Of a stretch of DNA of 64,000 bases, positions 1 through 11,139 are shown in pieces. The stretch lies in the NCBI RefSeq assembly GCF_006345805.1, contig NC_042998.1, forward strand, positions 84,940,001 through 85,004,000, written 5' to 3'. This DNA comes from Octopus sinensis. Its lineage: Eukaryota. The notes under the pieces are model-generated. The model did no database searches. It had not been told where the DNA came from and saw only the letters and a list, made by a program, of their open reading frames with translations. Numbering within the stretch: the first letter of the stretch is position 1; every line of letters starts with the position of its first letter. The position numbers and the translations under genes were made by a program.

Positions 1-147
1 AGAAAATTGCACTACTAGGCACTGCTCACATCCTACGCAGAACACTTTCCATACAATAACCATCAGAGCATCACAACAAATCACAGCACATACCCAAGGC
101 ACACAGAGCTGCGCTCGGTAGTGAAGTGAAAGCACGCTATAAAAATA

Positions 148-153
148 AAACTA

Positions 154-215
<62 letters not shown>

Positions 216-238
216 TGATGATGATGATGATGATAATG
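148..238 (+). repeat. (TAA)n/(TGA)n microsatellite
   Basis: Directly visible trinucleotide run; abuts the 5'-truncated REL fragment. Confidence 0.95.
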
Positions 239-680
239 TGCGACCATGAGATAGAGAATGGGAAGCCGGACATAGTCTTAATTGAGCAAGAAAACAAACT
301 ATGCTGGATCATAGATATAGCATGCCCAGCTGACAAGGTATGCGATAAGGAAGAAAGAAAAGTCGAGAGATATGACAGGTTAGCTTGGGAAGTTAAGCAG
401 TTATGGTCGATGAAAAAAGTAGCAGTAGTACCAATAATTGTCGGAGCCCTGGGAACAGTGAGCAAAAATCTCGAGAAGTACGTGGAACAAATAGGGGCTG
501 CAATAAGGGTGGAGCACTTGCAGAAAACAGCACTGCTTGGAACCGCTCGAATACTCCGGAAGGTGCTCGAAAAATAAGAGGTGTTACCTTAGTTCACTGG
601 TAGGGAACAGCTGACACTGTAGTATATCTCTAGCGCTAGAAGCTGTGCAAAGGCAACAACAACAACAACAACAACAACAA
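236..680 (+). mobile_element. 5'-truncated R4/Dong-like non-LTR retrotransposon 3' end: REL endonuclease, short 3' UTR and (AAC)n tail
   Basis: ORF 212..577 reads KPDIVLIEQENKLCWIIDIACP...KVERYDRL...PIIVGALGTV...LQKTALLGTARILRKVL*, a PD-(D/E)xK restriction-like endonuclease C-terminus typical of R4/Dong LINEs; followed by (AAC)n. Confidence 0.85.
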
Positions 681-889
681 CATTCTTTTCTACTCTAGGC
701 ACAAGGCCAGAGATTTTGGGGGAGGGGACCAGTCGTTCTACTCCAATACTAGTACTTAATTTATCGACCCCGAAATGCTGAAAGGCAAAGTCGACCTCGG
801 CGAAATTTGAATTCAGAACGTAAAGACAGACGAAATTACCGCTCAGCATTTCGCCCGGCATGATAACGTCTTTGCCAGCCCGCCGCCTT
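681..889 (-). mobile_element. tRNA-derived SINE family B (head GGCGGCGAGCTGGCAG)
   Basis: Reverse complement has A-box-like TGGCAAAGACGTTA and B-box-like GAATTCAAATTTC, plus body GCCTTTCA..TTTCGGGGTCGATAAATTAAGTAC shared with many copies in the window. Confidence 0.85.
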
Positions 890-907
890 AACAACAACAA
901 CAACAAC

Positions 908-978
<71 letters not shown>

Positions 979-987
979 TAATAATAA

Positions 988-1050
<63 letters not shown>
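890..1050 (+). repeat. (AAC)n/(AAT)n microsatellite
   Basis: Directly visible. Confidence 0.95.
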
Positions 1051-1051
<1 letters not shown>

Positions 1052-1598
1052 TGCAGTACCAGGCAGTGGCTCTCGTGGCTTCTGATCTTAACTGATTGGA
1101 AGTGTTATCATGTACATTGTTTTGTCTTGGTATAAAAGATGGGCTACAGCAAATATTCTGCTCAATACCACAGATTTGCTTGTCAGTTGTTTGACCTTAA
1201 TCAGTTGAGCATGTCCCTTAGTGACTGACGATGTGTGCATCTCTGATCACGAGCAGAAGTAGTGGGGGAGCATCATAGCCATGTGTTGAGAGGGATTCTT
1301 TGGGGTTTGAATAATTCACCTCTGGAAACATGGGTGGTTCTTTCAACATCCTTAAACAACCCTTATTCAGGGACCGTTTGAGCGGGATGGGCTACTCAAC
1401 CCGAAGAAAATTCTAACTGGGCCCCACCTGCAAGGTCATGTGCTGTTTATCTTGATATGAGATCACCATGTCGCGCACATATGGTTGTGATGCATGTGCC
1501 TGGTGTACCTTTATCAGACGGGTAGTCATGATGGGTATATTGGGCTTCGTATATTTTACCCCAGTGTCACTTTGATGGCATGCACTGCTCTCTCACTC
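1049..1598. mobile_element. ~550-bp non-coding insert embedded in (AAT)n; probable non-autonomous retroposon
   Basis: Complex sequence with (AAT)n on both sides; no ORF and no TIR seen. Confidence 0.45.
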
Positions 1599-1623
1599 AA
1601 TAATAATAATAATAAAAATCATA

Positions 1624-1832
1624 ATTCTTTCTACTAAAGGCAGAAGGCCTGAAATTTGTGGTGAGGGGACTAGTCGATTACATTAACCTCAGCGTTTCAC
1701 TGGTACTTAACTTATTGATCCCGGAAGGATGAAAGGCAAAGTTGACCTCGGCGGAATTTGAACTCAAAACGAAGCGACGGGGGAAATACCGCTAAGTATC
1801 TCGCCCGGCGTGCTAACGATTCTGCTTGCTCC
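1624..1832 (-). mobile_element. SINE family B copy
   Basis: Similarity to 681..889. Confidence 0.8.
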
Positions 1833-2231
1833 AGTTGACCTCGGTGATATTTGAACACAGAACACAAAGAGCCGGAAGAAATACCGCAAGGCATTTTAAA
1901 CTTTATTAGATTTTAAATGACCTGTTCATGGAAGACAGATATGCTTTAAAAATTTAGGAAACGCGCATGCGCGTGCGTGTTTACGTACAAACACAAGCAC
2001 GTGCATCCGCGCGCACACACACACACACACACACCACGTATATGTATGTATGCGTATGTGTTATAATGTATAACCGAGTAAGTCCAATAAAAGGCATTTT
2101 GTTTCATTCAGGAAGAAACATCAACAAAATGTCTTTGACACTCGGTATAAATACTTTGCGTTCTTAATTAAGTGGCCTTACTATATCCCTATGAATAGGT
2201 GGCTCCAGGAAGTATCTATGTCTGCTTGAGA

Positions 2232-2297
<66 letters not shown>

Positions 2298-4794
2298 GAG
2301 AGAGAGAGAAAGAAAGTGTGTGTGCGTGTGCTGGGCGAGTTAATAGAATATTTTAAAAACAATTTTGTTTTACAAGAAACAGCTACAAATACAAATAAAA
2401 ACTGAAAAGATCATACACACGCAGATACACACAGAGAGGGCAGAAGCATCCCTTCCACCTGGTAGGATCAGAGCACTCTATAACTCTGATGATCTCTCCT
2501 CTTGTCATTTCCACAAGCTGGTTTGTCCAAAAGTGTCACATGGCATTTTGATCTTTACACGAAGTGTGAAGGTCTTTATATGCTCTGAGACGTAATCCTA
2601 CAGCTGTTGACTAACCGCTAATGTGATCTCTATCATGTTTCTGTTGACTGTAGGCATTTAGTGCTCGTGTCGTATTTCCTTATCAATCAGTACATCACTT
2701 GCATTGTTGCCTTCTATGGACAAAATCAAACCTTTAATTATGTAGAATTTTAAATTTCAAATTCTCCAACGAGGTGAGCGCCTCTTCTTGAAGGCCTTTA
2801 GCTGTCTTATTTGCCCTTTGTTTAAGCTTATTCATTCTTCTTTGTTCTATCTTTCATCCCTTATTCTTCTCTTAATGTTTTCCAACCCTTCTTTATTTTA
2901 TTCCACTTCCATTGCTTCATCATCGAAGCAAGACAATGAGGTGATGCAGTCTCTTACCGGCCTTGCGCAGAAGGAAAAAGGCTTTCGGCCTCCAAAGACA
3001 AAGTGAATTTAGCCCCCTCCTCCAACCCCATCCTTCTCGGAGTTGAGGCCAGTGGTGCTTTACAAATAGAAACAGCAAGAGCCAAGTTCTTCACCTCTTT
3101 GAGCTGCTGAATCTGTTGCATCTGCTGCCCCCCACTATCCCTCTTTTATTCTGTTTTTACTATTTTTGTCGGGACGGGAATAGAAGGCGTTTAAGTGACT
3201 CTCACTACTACACCTGTAGCAATTGGCCCATCTTCCCTACACCGCTAATCTGATTCATACTCTTTCTGCTCTTTCAATGAGTTACAACCTCAAGGGAACC
3301 TAGTGTCGGAGATGTCTGCATAGACCACCACCAGATTACATTATCTTGCCTGTTACCTCTGGACTCACAACCTGTATGTAGTGTTGTGCAAATATGACAA
3401 TAACCCATGGGTCGACTTATATGCTAGTATCTCTGGCTGTTATTCTAGTGTTTCTAAAACCTATGTATTGTTATACCAGCCTGTGAATAAACATCAATTC
3501 TTCTTGTCTTCTAGTTTCAACTTTTCTTTTAAAACCATGCACTCGCTTCATGATACTCTTCTCTGATGAATAAAATATACATCTGGCCACATACTAGTCA
3601 AGGCTTCTTTCAGCTCTTCCTTCGATGACATATGGAAGCCACTCCGTTTTAGAGTGGCTTCCATTACGTTATTTTCTTTACCCATTTTTATTTCTATAAA
3701 ATAACTTGCCGCGCGAGGAAGCACCGGTTCTTGTTACATAGTTCACCCACCACTTTTCATTTTCTTTGGGCGAGCTGAAATCAAGTAGTACTTTTTTTCT
3801 CATAACATTAGCAAATGATGATACAATCTTGCTGTTGTTGATTTTTTAAAATATTTCTTTTTCTTTTAAATCATTTCTTTATTTCCAAAACTGTTCTTTT
3901 CTCTCCTATATTCTACAAGTTTACGTGTCTAAATATTCTATATATTTTAATTAATAGTTGAGGGAAAGCGTGCTTGTTTATATTAATGCTAGCATCACTG
4001 TGGTGACCGTGAGCATTTCTCTCTGCCACTTCCCTTTTGAAGCAGCCAGCATGTAACATAAATTTTGCAATATCAAAAATGCTTAAATAGTTTCAGAATA
4101 TCTAAAACGCCTTGCTTCTATCAATTGTTTCGAAGTTCTGTAGTGACAAAAAGAAGCAAAAGATATTTTCTATACGGAATTCTCTGAAAACGTGACCACT
4201 CCCAGTGAATAATACCACCATATTATTTCACATTGTTACTGCTTGTTCCAGAAGTAGGAAGAATATAGGAGATGAAAATATGAGTATATACATTATCGAT
4301 TCCAGAGCAATGAATAGTAAAGTCGACATAAGGAAAATTTCAACCTTGAATTTTGGATCATACTGCACGTGACCGTATGGATGACCGTATCAATAAATTC
4401 CTAGACATCCAACGGACAGGTCGGTGGTTCGGTTCTTGTTACCAATACTGCTTTATATCTGTAGACATAATGCAGTTTTGACATTCACCAACCAAATCTA
4501 CCTATCTGTAAATAGATTCATACATATATTCCACCACTACTATTGCCGCCATCACAAAAACCGTCAATACCTGCCAAGATTAAATTTAATGATAAATACA
4601 AGAATTTTCATCTGGAACTCAAAGAAAGAAGTATAACTGCACCACAGCAAGAGATACTATTTTGCTCTTTGTTTTGCAAGGGAAAAAAACAAAAACAAAA
4701 CAAATCTTTATATACAGAATATAATCAATATTCTTGCATCATTATTTCTTGACATTAATTACCATACATACATACATACATACACATACATACA

Positions 4795-4828
<34 letters not shown>

Positions 4829-4837
4829 CATACATTA

Positions 4838-5168
4838 ATGAGCCCCTTCGGTCAGACACTGACCATGGGTTTGCACCTAGAGAGTTACCTTCTGAAGCAC
4901 AAGTCTGGGCAAGGTTGTTTTATGGAAGACCAGCAGTCGCCCATGCATACCGGTCTCCCCTCTCCACGTCACCGATGTTGTCCAAGGGAAAGGCAAGGGC
5001 CGATACAGCTTGGCACCTGTGACGTCGCAACTCATTTCTACAGCTGAGAGAACTGGAGCAACGTGAAATAAAGTGTCTTGCTCAAGAACACAACACGCAG
5101 CCCGGTCCGGGATTCGAGCTCACAACCTCACGATCGTAAGCTCGACGCTCTAACCACTGAGCCCATGC
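4838..5168 (-). mobile_element. tRNA-derived SINE family C with CORE-like central domain
   Basis: Reverse complement GGCTCAGTGGTTAGAGCG (A box), GAGCTCGAATCCC (B box), then TTGAGCAAGACACTTTA...GCTCCAG...CAGCTGTAGAAATGAG; second copy at 42472..42798. Confidence 0.8.
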
Positions 5169-5249
5169 ACACACACATACATACAGACATACATACTACC
5201 CACAATATTTTTGCAGTGCCTGTCCTTACACCTACGTTTCGCCTTCTGA

Positions 5250-6245
5250 ACTGGTCACTACAAGAAATCAATGAGGCAGATGTTCGAACTTGCAAGCTGC
5301 TCAGTGTTACAGGAAACTTCAACATCAATGGTGGTGTAGACAGGCTATAGATCCAGCGCAAGGGAGGTGGCCGTGTTTTCAAATCTGCTTTGACGTCATA
5401 TGAAGCATAGATTGTGACACTGAAACAACATTTACAGTAGAAGAAAGAGATCAGGAACTATCTGGCCCAAGACCAGCAACATTGTTAGGATAGCTAATGA
5501 ACTTAAGGAGAGGTGTGAAATAAGAACTGATACAGAACTCTCACCAAAAAACATTGTAAAATCTAATTGTCAGAACGACAGGAAAACAAAAATGAACCAG
5601 TTCATTGAGAAGATAGTACTTGGGAACTTGGCACGTATAATACAAACCATAGAAGGGATCGATCATGCCAACAGCTTCGCATAGAGTACAGACAATATCA
5701 TCACATCCCACTTTGAAGGCTACATCCATGCAATCCAGGAACAAAAGATCCCCACCAAGTAACTACAACATAAAAGGCAGAAAACGTTGACAGACAGCAA
5801 ATGTAGGATGTGCAATACCAAGACCGGAGACTTCAACCACATTATTGTCGAATGTGAGAGATTACCTTCTAGATATTATCTTCCCATGAAACATGATGCG
5901 GTGGCCAGAACAGTCTGGAACATAACAGAAAAAAGAGAATACCTACAAACGAAGTTGACCTTATTGAGACCGACCGGTCAAAAGAATAATGGTGAAACTT
6001 GAAAATTAGAACAATCACCAAGTTAAAACACAACCGACTAGATATCGTTGTGTGGGATCACAAAGAAAAGATATGTTCTGTTGTGTAAATCACTTACCCC
6101 TGGACAAGAATGTGGATATAACAGAGAAAATACAAAAGAAAGAGGACATCTATGGACCATTGATAAGGAGTTTGCAAATCTAGTACCCAAGATACACTTT
6201 CAGTTCCATACCTATTACATAGGCAACAAATTTCAGCTTTTTTGT
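5250..6245 (+). pseudogene. Decayed R4/NeSL-type (REL) LINE: post-RT region, CCHC knuckle and endonuclease
   Basis: Motifs NGGVDRL*IQRKGGGR, SKCRMCNTKTGDFNHIIVECERL..KHDAVA and KHNRLDIVVWDHKEK across frameshifts and stops. Confidence 0.75.
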
Positions 6246-8114
6246 TACAGACATGTGAACTATTGATTCCTACCAAATTTCTGATGCTAATTTTAGACCT
6301 GATATCTAAATTTTTCTATTACTTCCAGATTTGGGGGAACTGAAAACCCTTAGTTTTCATTTTTTTCCCACCCGCTTCTGTTGCGGAAATCGTCTAAGCT
6401 ACTTTTCCGTGCTACGTTTTATGTTAAGCATACTTAAATAATTAGTGAACAAGGGTGAAGGTTTTACATTGCCGTTGTGCAATAATACAGCTTTAAGGCT
6501 AGCTTTGCTAGAGCCAATGAACAGTCTCCATTCTTTTGGATCATAGCGAAAGTCAATCATTTCCATCAGGCTACTGGTATCGCGGCAGAAACAAACGTTT
6601 ACCACCTCTTTTACTCTTTTACTTGTTTTAGTCATTTGACTGTGGCCATGCTGGAGCACCACCTTTAGTCGAGCAAATCGACCCCAGGATTTATTCTTTG
6701 TAAGACCAGTACTTATTCTATCGGTCTCTTTTTTGCCGAACCGCTAAATTACGGGAACGTAAACACACCAGCATCGGTTGTCAAGCAATGTTGGGGGGAC
6801 AAACACAGACACACAAACACACACACACGCACGCACATACTCACACACACATACATATATACGACGGGCTTCTTTCAGTTTCCATCTACCAAATCCACTC
6901 ACAAGGCTTTGGTCGGCCCGAGACTATAGTAGAAGACACTTGCCCAAGGTTCCACACAGTAGGACTGAACCCGGAACCAAGTAGTTGGTAAGCAAGCTAC
7001 TTACCACACAGCCACTCCTACACTTACCTGTAACTAAAATGATGAAAACTGCAAATGGTGATAGCAGAAATGGGAAACTTTGGTGTTTGACCGGACTAAA
7101 TTCCATTCTTGAAATCTGGAACCAGTCAACTCTGCCTTTCCTTCTAATAATTCCAAATCACGCATAAAGTCATTTAACCCCGCTTGGCTTAACAAATGTG
7201 AGGAACATATACACCATCTTTCCCTATTTCTATATCACTAGCAGAATCTTCAGATGTTGTCTTTGTCGTTGCTAGTGGAATTGGTGGTGGATTTGTTTCA
7301 TGTGATACTAGTTTTGTTGTTGATTCGCAGTTTGGGTACATGATTTTGATTTGTTTCTCATTGTGAAACCAGCAATCTTTGTCAAACAAAAATAACAATC
7401 ATTGAAGTGATTTTTCTGCTCACACCAAACAATTCATCCAAACTATTAACATTGCATTGCACTGTGCACAGCAAATATGTGGTACATAGTCCCTCTCTTG
7501 CTCTCCTAACTAACAGTCAAAATAATACTTGTAGGCAAGTTTAATTTTTGTTATGTTTCTATGTTGTTGCTTAGGTGTATATTGTTCACAGATACAGCAG
7601 TTGTCTGGGTAATTTACATTAAATCATATAAATCAATTTGATTGCAATTTAATTGCCTTATAATATCAGGAAAAAATGTAGAAAGTAATAATTACGATGT
7701 ACGAAATAAAAAGAAATACACAGCTTAGTATAAAATAAGTGTTATAAAATAACACAAGTTATCACAGTCTGTTACTTGCTTACCAGCAGAGAGTTTCAAT
7801 AACCGCTCAACTTGTTTGTCTTGTAGCGACTGACCGTTGGGCCATTACTATGCTTTTAACTCAGTGTTGACAACTCAGGATAAATTTTATTGATCAAAAT
7901 CGTTAGAATTTGCATAAAGTTGGTTATAAAAATTGCTTTAACTTTGAAAAGCAAGTTTCATATTGCTGGCATTAAGCTGATTAAAATTAAAATCAGGAAA
8001 TTTAACTAAGCGATTTGCATTTTGCACAACATCTACACGTGATCGAAGAAATCTAACTTTAGATTTGAAATCAGCCAACCGATCTTAGCCAGGAACGCAT
8101 ATTTGGTCATCTGT
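6245..8114 (-). mobile_element. Internally deleted Chapaev3-like (CMC) DNA transposon remnant, interrupted by a SINE
   Basis: Minus-strand motifs YVPHICCAQC and WCEQKNHFNDCYFCLTKIAGF (N-terminal zinc finger) and YDPKEWRLFIGSSKASLKAVLLHNGN; weak terminal similarity near 6245 and 8114. Confidence 0.7.
6606..7019 (-). mobile_element. tRNA-derived SINE family A (head GGAGTGGCTGTGTGGTAAG; internal microsatellite; (GAGTAAAA)n tail)
   Basis: A box TGGCTGTGTGGT and B box GGTTCAGTCC on the minus strand; more than 12 related copies in the window. Confidence 0.9.
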
Positions 8115-8273
8115 AAGAAAATCTTTGTTGCCTTATGTTATTATTGGTGCGGCAGGATACATACCAAATCGTATGGAGCAAAGTATATCTGAATTTTGGG
8201 GAGAGGATGCAAATCCTTAATCATGAGCTACAGATGAACATGATAACTGCAAGACCTTCTTAAGATTTAAAGG

Positions 8274-8352
<79 letters not shown>

Positions 8353-8355
<3 letters not shown>

Positions 8356-8582
8356 TTTACTCTTTTACTTGTTTCAGTCATTTGACTGCGGCCATGCTGG
8401 AGCACCACCTTTAGTTGAGCAAATCGACCCTGGGACTTATTCTTTGTAAGCCCAGTACTTATTCTATCGGTCTCTTTTGCCGAATCACTAACTGACGGGG
8501 ACGTAAACACACCAGCATCGGTTGTCAAGCAATGCTAGAGGGACAAACACAGACACACAAACATATATACACACATACGTAC

Positions 8583-8619
<37 letters not shown>

Positions 8620-8726
8620 ATATATATATACGACAGGCTTCTTTCAGTTTCCATCTACCAATCCACTCACAAGGCTTTGGTCGGCCCGAGGCTAAAGCAG
8701 AAGACACTTGCCCAAGATGCCACGCA
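8353..8726 (-). mobile_element. SINE family A copy, head truncated
   Basis: Similarity to 6606..7019. Confidence 0.85.
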
Positions 8727-8754
8727 TATATATATATATATATATATATATGTA

Positions 8755-8855
8755 TAGTTAATCCAAACAAGAAAGCACAGAAAAAACACAGCAACGCGAG
8801 GACGTGGAACAAATATAGTATTATTGGACGCTCAGGAAAGAAGGAAAGAAATATA
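8755..8855 (-). mobile_element. Short PLE terminal-repeat (pLTR)-like remnant related to 62960..63145
   Basis: Shares TTCCTGAGCG..TAATAC..TTCCAC with the hammerhead-bearing repeat near 63070; lacks the ribozyme part. Confidence 0.4.
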
Positions 8856-9833
8856 TATATAAGATAAGGATTATATAATAAAGACCGGTCTTTGTGATAT
8901 GGAAAGATGGCTCATCTGGAAAAGCAGCTTAGAACCCGCCACATGTCTAAATTCAAGAACTGAACTTTTCGGATCATGTCCATATATGGCTAAATATTTG
9001 TTACGTTTCTGGTCCCCCCGAGATTACAGATAAGACTACTGTCAATATTGTGTCCACATACAAGCTTTTTATATCTCTATACTTTTTACTTATATTTCGT
9101 AAGTATTTTTTAAATATTTTTACGTATTTATAGAGATATTGGTTTATAGTTTTATTGCTCATATATTTTTTACTTACCTTGCATTCAGTCTACATTAATT
9201 CATATATTTGTTTTCTTGTGATTTGTCTTGCATTATTTCACATTGTTCTGGTCTTACCCACGGTCCTTTATACAATATAATCTACACAATGCTTCATAGT
9301 AATTATTCCATATATACATATATATGTACGTGTGTGTGTGAGGTTGTATCGCCGATTGATTATAATGATGTCAGGGACGATAACGGTGGTGGTGGTGGTG
9401 GTGGTGGTAGTGATTTAGTTTCTCCGACTCGGAACTTCTAATTCACCCCGAACACCAAGCTTTCATGGCCCTGAACGGAACTGTGCCAGATACGAATCTG
9501 CTTTAAACAGCGCCATATCACGACCAATTTCAGACACTTTGTGTTTTCTGTCATAAGAGATGCTACAGAACAAGGAATCTCAAGGAAACATCATGTAATT
9601 CGCAATTAATCTAACAATCTAGACGGACAGGTCAACCATGTGAAACTTTCTCACCGTTTACCTTATCTTATCTCTTTACCGCATCACCCTTAACTTTCCT
9701 TCCTTCTTTCTTTCTTTCTTCCTTTCTTTCTTTCCGCCATCTCATACTACATGTCACTGTTTCTTAATGTTTCTCTAAACTTCTTCCTTTTCTACTATAT
9801 CCTCTCTTTGTGATCTTTCTTCTGCTCTGTCTT

Positions 9834-9874
<41 letters not shown>

Positions 9875-9925
9875 ATGTGCACGTGTGTGCGTGCATGTGT
9901 GTGTATGTATGTGCTTGCGTGCGTG

Positions 9926-10109
9926 TAATCCAAATAAGAAGGCAAAGAAATGCTTTAAAACTTATTTAATGATCCGTAACAATTGGTTCTGTACGAGTTT
10001 TGCTTCCAACGCCAGTTTACGCAAAAATTCGAAGTTGGTACAGAAACAATAGTAACGAATCATTTAAGATGGGTTAAAGAATTTTTTTGTCTTCTTATTA
10101 TTTAGATTA
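9926..10109. repeat. Imperfect palindrome with ~70-bp arms, inverted pLTR-like
   Basis: TAATCCAAATAAGAAGGCAAAG...TGATCCGTAACAATTGGTTCTGTAC is mirrored by GTACAGAAACAATAGTAACGAATCA...CTTCTTATTATTTAGATTA. Confidence 0.7.
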
Positions 10110-10295
10110 TAATTTACTCTTCGCCAAACCCACACAACGGTCTTACCGAGGTGAAACCAACATTTTCTGCAGTTGAAGAATTTCGGCATTGGTCTGGAAC
10201 CTGACATTGTTGATAGCCCAGAACTCGAGTTGAGTGCATTTCTGGAAATACCCTACGCTTATACCCTGCCAGGATCTAAGACACACTCACTCACA

Positions 10296-10368
<73 letters not shown>

Positions 10369-10496
10369 TATGTAATGGTTTTTAATGTCCCTCTGTCCCT
10401 ATTTGCTCTTCTTTATGATCTTCTTCCTCGCCCTCTTTCTTTTCTATTACGCTCTTCTCACATGATTCGCCATGCATGAATTCACTCTCAAATTAT

Positions 10497-10721
10497 TTAT
10501 CTCTTTATTGCCCACAGAAGACTAAACATAGAGGGGACAAACAAGGACAGACAAGGGGATTACGTCGATTACGTCGATCCTAGTGATTAACTGGTACTTA
10601 TTTAATCGACCCCGAAAGGATGAAAGGCAAAGTCGACCTCGGCGGAATTTGAACTCAGAACGTAATGCAGACGAAATACCGCTAGGCATTTCGCCCGGCG
10701 TGCTAACGTTTCTGCCAGCTC
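10497..10721 (-). mobile_element. SINE family B copy (alternative 3' end)
   Basis: Same head and body as 681..889; 3' end TTTGTCCCCTCTATGTTTAGTC type. Confidence 0.85.
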
Positions 10722-11139
10722 ATCAGTACTTCAGCAGTGACGGTGCGTGGTTTACTGGTTAAAATATTTGACCCAACATCCTAGGGCTCTAGCTATAATT
10801 ACAACAACATACAATTCCATTAAAGAGGCGTGGATTGGCCGAATCCTTACAGCTTCGGGCAAAACACCTCGCAGATGTACTCTCGTCCTCCCACTGTCAC
10901 ATTCCCAATATTCCTCTGTGTGAAGAGTGGGAGGACCATGAGAGTGTCAATATCTACTCACATCTACGTAGCTACAGTTAGATTCAAGTGTTACTGTGTG
11001 ATAAGAAGTTTGCATATGGTTCTGGGTCCCATTGTGTGGTACGTTGCGCTAGTATTTTCTACTATAGACTCGAGTTGAGAAAAGCCTTCTGAGTGGATTT
11101 GGGAGATGGAAATTGAAAGAAGCTCGTCTTATATATATA

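Noticed and set aside
4838-5168. tRNA-like sequences at SINE heads (also ~61870..61940)
   Set aside because: They lack a full cloverleaf and acceptor stem and continue into SINE bodies; not tRNA genes
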